DNA of 64,000 nucleotides. Origin: an uncultured Alphaproteobacteria bacterium. GTDB taxonomy: Bacteria; Pseudomonadota; Alphaproteobacteria; CAAHEQ01; UBA3637. Shown piece after piece: positions 47,110-57,156 of the stretch; the stretch's first letter is position 1, and each line of letters opens with the position of its first letter. Below the pieces are notes generated by a model. The model was given only the letters and a program-made list of their open reading frames with translations, searched no databases and was not told the DNA's origin. The stretch spans positions 14,924-78,923 of the forward strand of contig CALXUR010000001.1 of the NCBI GenBank assembly GCA_944391735.1, given 5' to 3'. The translations under genes and the position numbers were made by a program.

Positions 47110-48405
47110 ATGACAGAGCATACCGACAACGAAACCAGACGCTGTTCTTTCTGTGGCAAAAACCAAAATGAGGTTCGACGGCTTATTTCAGGACGAGCCC
47201 TAAAATCAAACGACGGCGAAATCAAAACCGTTTTTATTTGTGATGAATGCGTTGATTTATGCCGGGATGTTATCACGGCCGGCACCGAAGAGGGACAGGA
47301 GAACCAAGCAACAGATAACGTAACCCTGCCGTTAAAAACGCCACAAGAAATCCACAAAACACTGGATGATTATGTTATCGGGCAGGATCGGGCCAAAAAA
47401 GTGCTGTCCGTTGCTGTTTACAATCACTATAAACGCTTAAACAACAAAGAAAAAAAAGGGGATGTGGAACTGGAAAAATCCAACATCCTTCTATTGGGAC
47501 CGACCGGTTCCGGTAAAACCTTGTTGGCCAAGACTTTGGCACGGACGTTGGATGTGCCGTTTGCCATCGCCGATGCAACAACACTGACAGAAGCGGGTTA
47601 TGTCGGGGAAGACGTTGAAAATGTTGTTTTAAAATTATTACAGAACGCCAATTATGATGTAGCAAAAGCCGAGCGCGGTATTATTTATATTGATGAAATA
47701 GATAAAATCTCACGTAAGTCTGACGGACCATCCATTACACGGGATGTTTCGGGTGAAGGTGTTCAACAGGCTTTGCTGAAAATGATGGAGGGGACGATTG
47801 CCTCTCTGCCCCCCCAAGGCGGGCGAAAACATCCGAATCAGGAATATATCCAGGTCAACACACAACATATTTTATTCATCTGCGGCGGTGCCTTTGCGGG
47901 GCTAGATAAAGTCATTGAACGCAGGGAAGCGACCTATTCCGTCGGCTTCGGTGCCGACATCAAAGAGAAAGGTAATAAAAAAACCGGGGAATTATTGTCA
48001 AAGTTAGAGCCGGATGATTTGTTGAAATACGGCTTAATTCCCGAATTTATCGGACGGTTACCGGTTGTTGTCAGTCTGGAGGACTTAGATGAAAACGCGT
48101 TAATTCGAATTTTGACGGAACCTAAAAATGCATTGGTAAAGCAATATCAGGCTTTGTTCGCCATGGAGGGTGTTACGTTGACATTCGTGCCTGAAGCACT
48201 GACTGCAATCGCCAAACAGGCTATGGCACGGAATACGGGAGCCCGCGGATTGCGTTCAATCATGGAGGGATTGCTACTTGATTTGATGTATGACTTACCG
48301 ACAAAGAAAGACTTAAAAGAAGTTATCATCAATCAGGAAACCGCCGAGGGAAAAACGAAGCCTGTTTTTGTCTATGAAAACGATACAGACCAAAAGGCCG
48401 GTTAG
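47110..48405 (+). CDS. clpX: ATP-dependent Clp protease ATP-binding subunit ClpX
   Basis: An N-terminal Zn-binding 'CSFCGK...CDEC', Walker A '[11 protein letters not shown]' and '[10 protein letters not shown]'. Confidence 0.95.
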   Translation: MTEHTDNETRRCSFCGKNQNEVRRLISGRALKSNDGEIKTVFICDECVDLCRDVITAGTEEGQENQATDNVTLPLKTPQEIHKTLDDYVIGQDRAKKVLSVAVYNHYKRLNNKEKKGDVELEKSNILLLGPTGSGKTLLAKTLARTLDVPFAIADATTLTEAGYVGEDVENVVLKLLQNANYDVAKAERGIIYIDEIDKISRKSDGPSITRDVSGEGVQQALLKMMEGTIASLPPQGGRKHPNQEYIQVNTQHILFICGGAFAGLDKVIERREATYSVGFGADIKEKGNKKTGELLSKLEPDDLLKYGLIPEFIGRLPVVVSLEDLDENALIRILTEPKNALVKQYQALFAMEGVTLTFVPEALTAIAKQAMARNTGARGLRSIMEGLLLDLMYDLPTKKDLKEVIINQETAEGKTKPVFVYENDTDQKAG

Positions 48406-48479
48406 CACATAAAGTATTATGTATTCGCCCCTTGACATCCGATATTGACATACATATATAGTCTCAAAAAGGAGTTTTG

Positions 48480-50816
48480 ATGACAACATTAACATTGACA
48501 GACGGTGTTTATCCTGTATTACCGTTACGCGATATGGTTGTTTTTCCGCATGTTGTTGTTCCGTTGTTTGTCGGACGGGACAAATCCATCGCGGCATTAG
48601 ATAACGCCGTCGCATTTAATAAACCGATTTTATTAGCGGCACAAACAGATTCCATGATGGATACACCGCATACCGGTGATTTATATCCGGTCGGAACACT
48701 GGCGATCATTTTGCAAATGATTAAGTTGCCTGATGGGACAGTTAAAATTTTAGTTGAAGGTAAAAGCCGTGCCCGTGTAAAAGATTGGGTTCAAAATGAT
48801 CTGTTTTTTGAAGCACATACGGAAATCATTGCGGATAAACCGGAACGGGAAAGTGAAATTGAGGCATTGTCCCGATCTGTCCGCGATTCATTCACAGATT
48901 ATGCACGGTTAAATAAACAAACAAATCCGGAAGTTTTGGTAGCAATTGAAAAAATACTGAAACCGGATGAACTGGCAGACATTATTGCAACACACCTGAA
49001 TACCAAAATTGAGGAAAAGCAAAAATTACTGGAGCAACCCTCGCTGGCCGCGCGGCTTGAAACATTGTTCCGTTTAATGGAAAAAGAAATTGAAGTTCTT
49101 CAGGTGGAGCGAAAAATCCGGAAACGCGTCAAAAAACAAATGGAAAAAAGCCAACGTGAATATTACCTGAATGAGCAAATGAAAGCCATTCAACAAGAGT
49201 TAGGCGACGATGACGGAACAGATATCAAGGACCTGGAGAAAAAAATCAAAGACGCGGGTATGTCTAAAGAAGCGACAGAAAAAGCCCTGTCCGAATTAAA
49301 AAAATTGAAAATGATGGGGCCCATGTCCGCAGAAGCCGGGGTTATCAGAAATTATTTGGATTGGTTAATCGCCCTGCCCTGGCAACAAAAGAAAACGTTG
49401 CAAACAGACTTGGCCGAGGCTAAACGTATTTTAGATGAAGACCACTATGGCTTGGAAAAAGTCAAAGAACGCATTTTAGAATTTCTGGCCGTCCAAAAGC
49501 GTACCAATAGTGTTAAAGGCTCTATTTTATGTCTAGTCGGCCCACCGGGCGTTGGAAAAACATCATTGGGACAATCCATAGCCCGTGCCACGGGACGAAC
49601 ATTTGTTCGCGCGTCACTGGGCGGTATGCGTGATGAAGCCGAAATACGCGGACATCGCCGCACCTATATCGGTTCCCTACCCGGTAAAATCATCCAAAAC
49701 ATGAAAAAAGCCAAAAACATCAATCCATTGTTTTTGTTAGACGAAATTGACAAGTTGGGAAACGATTACCGGGGCGACCCTTCGTCGGCGTTGTTGGAGG
49801 TTTTAGATCCGGAGCAAAATATAACTTTTAACGACCATTATTTGGAAGTTGATTATGACTTGTCGCATGTCATGTTCATTACCACGGCCAATACGCTTAA
49901 AATGCCGCGGCCGTTGCTGGATCGAATGGAAATCATTCAATTGTCCGGCTATACCGAAAAAGAAAAAGTCGAAATCGCCAAGTGCCACCTGATCAAAAAA
50001 CAATTGGAAACAGCGGGGTTAAAACCGGAAGAACTTACCATTACCGATGATAGTTTGCTAGAGCTAATTCGGCGATACACCCGTGAATCCGGTGTCAGAA
50101 ACCTGGAACGTGAAATTGCCAATATTGCCCGAAAGGTTGTCAAAGAAATTCAAATTGAACATTTGGACTCTGTAACCGTTACACCGGACAATTTGAAGAA
50201 ATATGCGGGAGTCCCCAAATACAGCTTTGGAGTTGCCGAACAAGAAGATCAGATCGGGACAACAACAGGGTTGGCATGGACAGAGGTTGGCGGAGAAATT
50301 TTATCAATTGAAGCCGTAACCATGCCCGGAAAAGGGAACACATTGTTAACCGGGCAACTGGGTGATGTGATGAAGGAATCAATTGAGGCAGCAAAATCAT
50401 TTGTCCGTTCTCGAAACGCACAGTTTGGTATTCCCGCCGAAGTATTTGAAAAAAATGATATCCATGTTCATGTGCCGGAGGGGGCAACACCGAAAGACGG
50501 TCCGTCCGCCGGTATCGCCATGATGACGTCTCTGGTATCCGCATTGACGGGTATTCCTGTGCGTAAAGATGTGGCTATGACCGGCGAAATTACGCTTCGG
50601 GGACATGTCCTGCCTATCGGAGGATTAAAAGAAAAACTGTTGGCGGCGTTACGTGCCGGAATTAAAACAGTGTTGATTCCCGAAGAAAATAAAAAAGATT
50701 TAGAAGAGATTCCGGATGATGTCAAACAAAATATAGAATTGATTCCGGTATCTAAAGCTGAACAGGTTTTAGAAGTTGCGTTGACAAAAAAATTAACGCC
50801 GCTCCCTCGGATTTAA
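48480..50816 (+). CDS. lon: Lon protease
   Basis: 'GPPGVGKTSLG', the catalytic 'PKDGPSAGI', and the LON N-domain 'PVLPLRDMVVFPH'. Confidence 0.95.
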   Translation: MTTLTLTDGVYPVLPLRDMVVFPHVVVPLFVGRDKSIAALDNAVAFNKPILLAAQTDSMMDTPHTGDLYPVGTLAIILQMIKLPDGTVKILVEGKSRARVKDWVQNDLFFEAHTEIIADKPERESEIEALSRSVRDSFTDYARLNKQTNPEVLVAIEKILKPDELADIIATHLNTKIEEKQKLLEQPSLAARLETLFRLMEKEIEVLQVERKIRKRVKKQMEKSQREYYLNEQMKAIQQELGDDDGTDIKDLEKKIKDAGMSKEATEKALSELKKLKMMGPMSAEAGVIRNYLDWLIALPWQQKKTLQTDLAEAKRILDEDHYGLEKVKERILEFLAVQKRTNSVKGSILCLVGPPGVGKTSLGQSIARATGRTFVRASLGGMRDEAEIRGHRRTYIGSLPGKIIQNMKKAKNINPLFLLDEIDKLGNDYRGDPSSALLEVLDPEQNITFNDHYLEVDYDLSHVMFITTANTLKMPRPLLDRMEIIQLSGYTEKEKVEIAKCHLIKKQLETAGLKPEELTITDDSLLELIRRYTRESGVRNLEREIANIARKVVKEIQIEHLDSVTVTPDNLKKYAGVPKYSFGVAEQEDQIGTTTGLAWTEVGGEILSIEAVTMPGKGNTLLTGQLGDVMKESIEAAKSFVRSRNAQFGIPAEVFEKNDIHVHVPEGATPKDGPSAGIAMMTSLVSALTGIPVRKDVAMTGEITLRGHVLPIGGLKEKLLAALRAGIKTVLIPEENKKDLEEIPDDVKQNIELIPVSKAEQVLEVALTKKLTPLPRI

Positions 50817-50876
50817 CGATTTCCGAATCGTCAAACAACTTATTTCTCTTTCTTTTTTAAAGAAAAAAACGATTAA

Positions 50877-50902
50877 AAGGCTTGTTAAACAAGCCTTTTT
50901 TT
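50877..50902 (+). terminator. Rho-independent terminator after lon
   Basis: Stem aaggcttg/caagcctt followed by a T-run. Confidence 0.7.
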
Positions 50903-51071
50903 GATGTTTTACATAATCAAAAATTTATTTTTAATAAAAAAAATCATTTTTTTGTCTTTTTTTGTATGTATTTTGCAAAAAAGATGTTGACAGCCGCCAA
51001 AAACAAGGCTTTACTAGGGATTAGCAGGGATAAAGTCTGCTAAAACATAATCTTAATCAAAGGAGTGTATT

Positions 51072-51347
51072 ATGAATAAACAAGAATTAATCGACGCAAT
51101 GGCAAAAACAGCCGGTTTAACAAAAGCCGCGGCGGCCGACGCTTTGGAAGCTTTTATTGAAGTTGTTACAAAAGCTCTGAAAAAAGGCGATGAAGTACGC
51201 GTAACCAATTTTGGTACATTTGCCGTTGCTAAACGTGCTGCGACAACAGGCCGTAACCCGCGCACAGGTGCTACGATTAAGATTCCGGCTTCCAAACAGC
51301 CGAAGTTCCGTGCCGGAAAAGGTCTGAAAGATATCGTTAACAAATAA
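51072..51347 (+). CDS. hupB: DNA-binding protein HU
   Basis: '[11 protein letters not shown]...[40 protein letters not shown]'. Confidence 0.95.
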   Translation: MNKQELIDAMAKTAGLTKAAAADALEAFIEVVTKALKKGDEVRVTNFGTFAVAKRAATTGRNPRTGATIKIPASKQPKFRAGKGLKDIVNK

Positions 51348-51397
51348 TTTGTTGACAAGACTTGAAAAGGATGATATAAAGGTGTCATCCTTTTTAT

Positions 51398-51474
51398 GGG
51401 CGGTTAGCTCAGCTGGCTAGAGCATCTCGTTTACACCGAGAGGGTCGGGAGTTCAAATCTCTCACCGCCTACCA
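51398..51474 (+). tRNA. tRNA-Val (anticodon UAC), CCA encoded
   Basis: Cloverleaf: acceptor gggcggt/accgcct, D-stem gctc/gagc, anticodon stem tctcg/cgaga with loop uuUACac, and a TTCAAAT T-loop. Confidence 0.9.
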
Positions 51475-51970
51475 CTTAAAAAACACTGGTTAACAGTGTT
51501 TTTTTATTTTTATAAAATCTGCTTTATTTTGATTAAAAAATGAAAAAGGTTCTTTCATTTATTAAAATCCAAATATTCCAAAAGAGCGGATATGGAGTAA
51601 AAATTTCTTAAAGAAGCGCGTTTTTATTACACATAAAACACTGCTTTTATCATACCCAAAAGTCAAGACTAAGTGTTTTTCATAAAAATTTAACGACCCT
51701 ATAAGTTTTACACTTTTGTATAACATATAATCGTATTCAAAATCAATCTAAAAAATAAATAATACAAAATATTATATCAAAAAATATATTCGCCTTCTTT
51801 TTCCTTAAAAGTATAAAAATTTAATGGTCATTAAATTTTTATATTAAATCAGGAGACGATAAATGCAAATAAAAAAAATATTCGAATAATTAAATCCCAA
51901 AAAAATCGTTTTATCAAACATATATCAAAACATATCACTTCTTTTATTCCCCCGTCCGACAGACATACTC

Positions 51971-52393
51971 ATGCATAATCCCAATCTTTATATTGATAAA
52001 ACTTTTTTCGATCGTTGTCTGAAAGGAAAATGGCTTGCCGGAATACGTTATGGACGCGTTAAAACCGGCCAATTCAAAAGGCAAATTGACAAGAAAATAT
52101 ATTTGTTAAAGGATTTACCCTTATATCAAAAGTTGATACAACAGGATAAAGAGAATTCAAATCACGAATTTAAAAAATCAATCAACAGCATTCAGACAAA
52201 CGGATTTAATCCTGAAAGCGTTATTATCTGTAAATACAGGTCTAACCTTATTAAAGACGGACAACACCGAGCTATGTACCTATTATGGCGATACGGTGAC
52301 GATTATGAAGTTAACACAATTCATATCAGGGTCAAAAACACATTGCTGCGACATAAAATTTTTCCATGGCTGAATCGGAAAAGTCAAAAATGA
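51971..52393 (+). CDS. ParB/Srx-fold nuclease-like protein (N-terminus uncertain, possibly degraded)
   Basis: 'SIQTNGFNPESVIICKYRSNLIKDGQHRAMYLL' resembles the ParB-like DGxHR motif. Two other upstream frames are also open, so the start is unclear. Confidence 0.35.
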   Translation: MHNPNLYIDKTFFDRCLKGKWLAGIRYGRVKTGQFKRQIDKKIYLLKDLPLYQKLIQQDKENSNHEFKKSINSIQTNGFNPESVIICKYRSNLIKDGQHRAMYLLWRYGDDYEVNTIHIRVKNTLLRHKIFPWLNRKSQK

Positions 52394-52589
52394 AGTAAAT
52401 CGGGGCTCCCCCCAAACCCTTATTTTTATTCCGTTACCATCTATCGCTAGTCCGGTCAACCCAATAAAACACAACCTGCCCTGAAGCTGTATTATAGTCT
52501 TTTTTTACCAAAGCACATTAAAAAAGGTTGATTTTTTGATAAGAATAGCTATAGTATGTATCATTCATATATGAAGAAAGGAAAAAGCA

Positions 52590-52946
52590 ATGTTAATTTC
52601 TCAAGCTTTCGCACAGACAGCTCAAACCGCAACCGAAGCAGGGGCTTCAGGTTCCCCGGATATGATGAGCATGGTTGCCCAATTTATTCTGATTATTTTA
52701 ATTGTTTATTTTCTGTTAATTCGCCCACAACAAAAACGCGTCAAACAGCATGAAATGGAGCTGAACGCCATTATTAAAGGCACAAAAATCATCGTGGCGG
52801 GATTGGTTGGAACCGTTGTTGAGGTATGCGAAGACAACAAATTAGTGGTGGAATTAGCCGACGGTGTTCGTGTAACGGTTATGCGTCCGTATGTGTCCCA
52901 AGTTATTTTTGACACACCCGCACCGTCAAAAAAGAAAAAAGCATAA
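52590..52946 (+). CDS. yajC: Preprotein translocase subunit YajC
   Basis: 'ILIILIVYFLLIRPQQKRVKQHEMELNAIIKGTKIIVAGLVGTV', upstream of secD-secF. Confidence 0.9.
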   Translation: MLISQAFAQTAQTATEAGASGSPDMMSMVAQFILIILIVYFLLIRPQQKRVKQHEMELNAIIKGTKIIVAGLVGTVVEVCEDNKLVVELADGVRVTVMRPYVSQVIFDTPAPSKKKKA

Positions 52947-52969
52947 GATTGACAACGAAAGGAATCGTT

Positions 52970-54538
52970 ATGTTCGGATACTCAAAATTTAAAATTGGTC
53001 TTATTTGTGCCATCATGGTATTAGGCATTTTTTTTGCATTGCCGAATTTTATGCCAAAAGAGATGTATAACCGACTGCCAAAAGAGATGCAATCCTGGTT
53101 TCGCCCCATCACACTCGGGTTGGATTTACAGGGAGGATCTTACCTGTTGATGGAAGTTGACACACAGGATCTGATCAAAGAAAAACTGGAATCTTTGGCC
53201 GATCTGACCCGCTCTGCTTTACGTGAGGGTAAGATTCGCTTTGCGGGATTATCCGTTATCGACGGACATATGCAGGTAAAAATCTTAAATTCGGCACAAG
53301 TTATGGCCGCACGAGATCTGATTCGTAAACAAGACAGTGCCCCGTTGGATATTTCGGCAGACGGCTCGCTCTTAACGGTTTCTTATACGGCCGAAGCATT
53401 GGATCAAATGAAAAAACAGGCAGTTGAACAATCCATTGATATTGTTCGTCGCCGTATTGACGAAATGGGGACAAAGGAACCTCAAATTCAACAACAAGGC
53501 ATTGACCGAATTGTTATTCAGTTGCCGGGAGTTCAAGATCCTTCCGAAATCAAAGCCATTATGGGCAAAACGGCCAAAATGACATTCCATCTGGTTGATG
53601 AAGAAACGACACCACAAGCGGCTCAAATGGGTAAACTATCTCCGGACTCCATGTTGATCAGTGGCGATGAAACAGGATACATCGTGTTAAAACGAGCCGT
53701 TGTTGTCGGCGGTGAAAGTCTGGAAGATGCGCGACAAACATATGATGAAAGCGGAGCACCCGCCGTGTCATTCAGCTTTAAATCCATGGGTGCTAAAAAA
53801 TTTGCAAACGCAACACGGGACAACGTAGGTCGACGTCTGGCTATCGTCTTGGACGGAAAAGTGATCAGCGCGCCGAATATCAATACCCCTATTACAGGCG
53901 GAAAAGGTATCATCACGGGTAACTTTACGGTTCAATCTGCCAATGACCTTGCCTTACTGCTTCGTTCCGGCGCATTACCCGCACCATTGATCGTTGCGGA
54001 AGAACGCGTTGTCGGCCCGGGATTGGGTGAAGATTCCATTAAAGCCGGCACAACGGCATGTATCGTCGGTCTGATAGCCGTATTCGTTTTTATGCTGATT
54101 GTCTACGGATTCTTCGGCATTATCGCGGATTTAACACTGTTGGCCAACGGTATCTTGTTATTGGCAGTATTAAGCCTGTTGGGTGCAACATTGACTTTAC
54201 CGGGATTGGCCGGAATTGCATTGACCATTGCCATGGCCGTGGACGCAAACATTTTAATCCTGGAGCGAATGAAAGAGGAAATGGCTGCCGGAATTACGGT
54301 TCCTGTAGAAGTGATGAAACGCGGTTTTGCCGACTCTTTTTCGGCAATCCTTGATGGGCAGCTTACCACCTTGTTTGCGGCGCTGTTCCTGTTCTGGTTG
54401 GGCTCCGGTCCTGTGCGCGGTTTCGGCGTTACGCTGGGTCTGGGGTTGGCAACAACTATGTTTGCGGCTATCTTTATTAACAAAATTTTGTTAATTGCAT
54501 GGGTTGCCGTTAAAAAGCCCAAAAAGATTAATTTATAA
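52970..54538 (+). CDS. secD: Protein translocase subunit SecD
   Basis: 'LGLDLQGG' and the C-terminal six-TM block 'GIALTIAMAVDANILILER'. The ATG at 52970 follows AAAGGA. Confidence 0.9.
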   Translation: MFGYSKFKIGLICAIMVLGIFFALPNFMPKEMYNRLPKEMQSWFRPITLGLDLQGGSYLLMEVDTQDLIKEKLESLADLTRSALREGKIRFAGLSVIDGHMQVKILNSAQVMAARDLIRKQDSAPLDISADGSLLTVSYTAEALDQMKKQAVEQSIDIVRRRIDEMGTKEPQIQQQGIDRIVIQLPGVQDPSEIKAIMGKTAKMTFHLVDEETTPQAAQMGKLSPDSMLISGDETGYIVLKRAVVVGGESLEDARQTYDESGAPAVSFSFKSMGAKKFANATRDNVGRRLAIVLDGKVISAPNINTPITGGKGIITGNFTVQSANDLALLLRSGALPAPLIVAEERVVGPGLGEDSIKAGTTACIVGLIAVFVFMLIVYGFFGIIADLTLLANGILLLAVLSLLGATLTLPGLAGIALTIAMAVDANILILERMKEEMAAGITVPVEVMKRGFADSFSAILDGQLTTLFAALFLFWLGSGPVRGFGVTLGLGLATTMFAAIFINKILLIAWVAVKKPKKINL

Positions 54539-54551
54539 AGGAATTTGACAA

Positions 54552-55466
54552 ATGATAAAATTATTTTCAAAACATCAATTCAATTTTAATTTCATAAGCC
54601 AGAGAAAATGGGCATACTTGTTCTCCGTAACATTATTGGCTATCTCATTGGCATCTTTCTTAACACGCGGATTAAACTATGGAATTGATTTTGAAGGCGG
54701 CATTCTGGTCGAAGCTTCATCAGAAACGCCGGTTGACATGGAAGAAGTCCGAGAAAAACTCTCTTTCTTAAGAGATTTATCCATTCAATCCGCGGGGACA
54801 GAGGGTAAAACAATTTTAATTCAGGCAAAACCGGAAGCCGATGAAAACGCCAATCAATTGGTTAATCAAATGAAAGAAGTCCTTGGTTCCGGATATTCAT
54901 ATGATCAAGTTGAAGTTGTCGGCCCGACTATCGGAAACGAATTAAAAGAAAAGAGCTTGCTGGCCTCCATCTTGGCATTGCTGGCCATTTCAATTTATAT
55001 TTGGTTTCGTTTTGAATGGCCGTTCGCTATCGGTTGTATGGCCTCCTTGACACATGATTTAATTATTGTCGTCGGATTCTTTTCATTTTTTCAAATTGAA
55101 TTTGATATGATTGTCGTTGCCGGTTTGCTGTCATTGGCCGGTTATGATTGTAACGATACAATCGTCACGTATGACCGTGTCCGAGAAAATCTACGTAAAT
55201 TCAGAAAAATGGAAGTCGACGGTATCCTGAACAAAAGTGTGAATGAAACATTATCCCGCACCCTGTTGACCAGTCTGACGACGCTGTTTGTTGTTCTGAT
55301 CCTGCTTGTCATGGGGGGCGCAACTTTGGAAGGCTTTTCCATTGCAATGGTGTTAGGAACAATTTTCGGAACTTATTCTTCCATCTATGTGGCCGTTCCG
55401 CTCCTGCGTTACTTTGATATTAAAAGTATGGGAGAACCGGTTGATTCGGCAATTAAAAACAACTAA
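54552..55466 (+). CDS. secF: Protein translocase subunit SecF
   Basis: 'NYGIDFEGG' and 'GYDCNDTIVTYDRVREN'. Confidence 0.9.
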   Translation: MIKLFSKHQFNFNFISQRKWAYLFSVTLLAISLASFLTRGLNYGIDFEGGILVEASSETPVDMEEVREKLSFLRDLSIQSAGTEGKTILIQAKPEADENANQLVNQMKEVLGSGYSYDQVEVVGPTIGNELKEKSLLASILALLAISIYIWFRFEWPFAIGCMASLTHDLIIVVGFFSFFQIEFDMIVVAGLLSLAGYDCNDTIVTYDRVRENLRKFRKMEVDGILNKSVNETLSRTLLTSLTTLFVVLILLVMGGATLEGFSIAMVLGTIFGTYSSIYVAVPLLRYFDIKSMGEPVDSAIKNN

Positions 55467-55472
55467 AACACA

Positions 55473-55499
55473 AAGGGGGCCGAACGGCTCCCTTTTTTC
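55473..55499 (+). terminator. Rho-independent terminator after secF
   Basis: A GC-rich stem (aagggggcc/ggctccctt) with loop gaac, followed by T6. Confidence 0.7.
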
Positions 55500-55513
55500 A
55501 GATTAAATAGCAC

Positions 55514-55542
55514 TTGACAAAGCGGCTAAAATCACATATAAT
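55514..55542 (+). promoter_or_regulatory. Consensus sigma-70 promoter for rpmI-rplT
   Basis: TTGACA (55514-55519), a 17-nt spacer, then TATAAT (55537-55542). Confidence 0.65.
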
Positions 55543-55619
55543 AGCGCCGTGTTTGGCCAAAGAGGCTAAAAATTGGCTGCCTCAAGGTCGTTGTTTAATT
55601 TATCACAAAGGAAAAAGAA

Positions 55620-55811
55620 ATGCCAAAAGTAAAAACAAAAAGTGCTGTCAAAAAACGGTTTAAACAAACCGCGACAGGTAAAATTAAAGGCGGGCACGCT
55701 TATAAACGCCACCTTCTTATCAATAAACCGAAAAAGATGAAACGCAAAGCACGCGGCAGTTATGTTGTCTGTGAAGTTATTGCAAACATCGTTAAGAAAT
55801 TTATGCATTAA
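55620..55811 (+). CDS. rpmI: 50S ribosomal protein L35
   Basis: '[23 protein letters not shown]'. Confidence 0.95.
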   Translation: MPKVKTKSAVKKRFKQTATGKIKGGHAYKRHLLINKPKKMKRKARGSYVVCEVIANIVKKFMH

Positions 55812-55822
55812 GGAGAGCGGCA

Positions 55823-56176
55823 ATGGCAAGAGTAAAACGTGGCACGATTGTTCGTGCAAAACACAACAAAATTTTAAAAATGGCCAAAGGTTACCGTGGC
55901 CGCAACTCTAAAGTTTTTACGGTTGCTAAACAAAAAGTCGAAAAAGGCTTGCAATATGCCTATCGTGATCGTCGGAAAAAGAAAACCGAAATCCGTCAAT
56001 TGTGGATTGTCCGTATTAACGCGGCGGTTCGCGCAAACGGAATGGTTTATTCCAAGTTTATGAATGGATTAAGCAAGGCCGGCATTGCCTTGGATCGTAA
56101 GGTTTTGGCGGATATCGCTTTAAATGATGCGAAAGCATTTGCTGATCTGGTTGCAAAAGCGAAAGCCGCTTTGTAA
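55823..56176 (+). CDS. rplT: 50S ribosomal protein L20
   Basis: '[27 protein letters not shown]...[10 protein letters not shown]'. Confidence 0.95.
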   Translation: MARVKRGTIVRAKHNKILKMAKGYRGRNSKVFTVAKQKVEKGLQYAYRDRRKKKTEIRQLWIVRINAAVRANGMVYSKFMNGLSKAGIALDRKVLADIALNDAKAFADLVAKAKAAL

Positions 56177-56197
56177 TTTGATTAAGCAGTTGTTTTT

Positions 56198-56224
56198 AAT
56201 CCCCGGTATTACCGGGGATTTTTC
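56198..56224. terminator. Terminator hairpin between convergent rplT and the hydrolase gene
   Basis: A 10-bp stem aatccccggt/accggggatt with a 3-nt loop, followed by a T-run. Confidence 0.7.
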
Positions 56225-56267
56225 ATTTGAATAAAAAATAATTTTCAATTGAAAGAGTCAATTTTTT

Positions 56268-57113
56268 TTAATACTCTCTTAACCACTCTAATAAACTGTC
56301 AAAGAATCCGTTTTCAGGTAACGACCGGTGATCTGCCGTATCCGATGAAAAGAAAACTTTCGGATTGGGTGCCGCATTAAAAACGGCTACTCCCTGATGA
56401 TAGGGAACAGTATTATCCTGACGACCGTGCGCCACAAAAAGACGTGTGTTAATATGACCTATTTTATCTATTAAAAAATATCCGTCAGGCATCAACAAAC
56501 CAACCGGCAACAAATGGTAAACCGTATCGGCCGCCACGTCAACCAAAGAGGTAAAAGGTGCCTCTAAAACAAGCGCATGAAACGGCTGTGTTTTTCCCAG
56601 TTCCACCGACGCATCAACAGCCAAATACGTCCCCAAAGAATAACCATACAAAATAATATCCCGATTCGCATATCCCCGTCGATTTAAATAACGAACAGCC
56701 GCCCGCACATCTTGTTCCAAAACAGACTGCCTGATATCTCCGAGAATACCGCCAAACCCCGTATACTCCGCCATCATAACACCATATCCGACATCAACAA
56801 ACGGCCGAACCCGAGATAAGAAAGCATTTAAATGATACGAATTACCATGCAGGAACAAGACAACCTGTTTTTGCCGTGTCGGTTGCGTAAAAAAACCATA
56901 CAATGATCGACCGTCCGACGTTTGATACGATACTTCCCTTAAAGAAGGAATGACTTTCTGCGCTTCCCGAATATCGGATTTATTCGGATTCGGATGATAC
57001 AGCAACTGATCCCGCATCAGAACAACACCGATACAAATTCCCACATAAACACTAAGAATAACAAGGATTATCTGTATCCATTGATTTTTGGAACGAAACA
57101 TATTTTGAATCAT
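56268..57113 (-). CDS. Alpha/beta hydrolase with N-terminal membrane anchor
   Basis: 'VLFLHGNS' and the nucleophile elbow 'GYSLGT'. The start was taken at MIQNMF (57113) to avoid overlapping the upstream gene. Confidence 0.7.
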   Translation of the reverse strand: MIQNMFRSKNQWIQIILVILSVYVGICIGVVLMRDQLLYHPNPNKSDIREAQKVIPSLREVSYQTSDGRSLYGFFTQPTRQKQVVLFLHGNSYHLNAFLSRVRPFVDVGYGVMMAEYTGFGGILGDIRQSVLEQDVRAAVRYLNRRGYANRDIILYGYSLGTYLAVDASVELGKTQPFHALVLEAPFTSLVDVAADTVYHLLPVGLLMPDGYFLIDKIGHINTRLFVAHGRQDNTVPYHQGVAVFNAAPNPKVFFSSDTADHRSLPENGFFDSLLEWLREY

Positions 57114-57156
57114 GGGACGGATTATATCCCGTTTCGTCCCAAAAGTCAAAAAAGTT

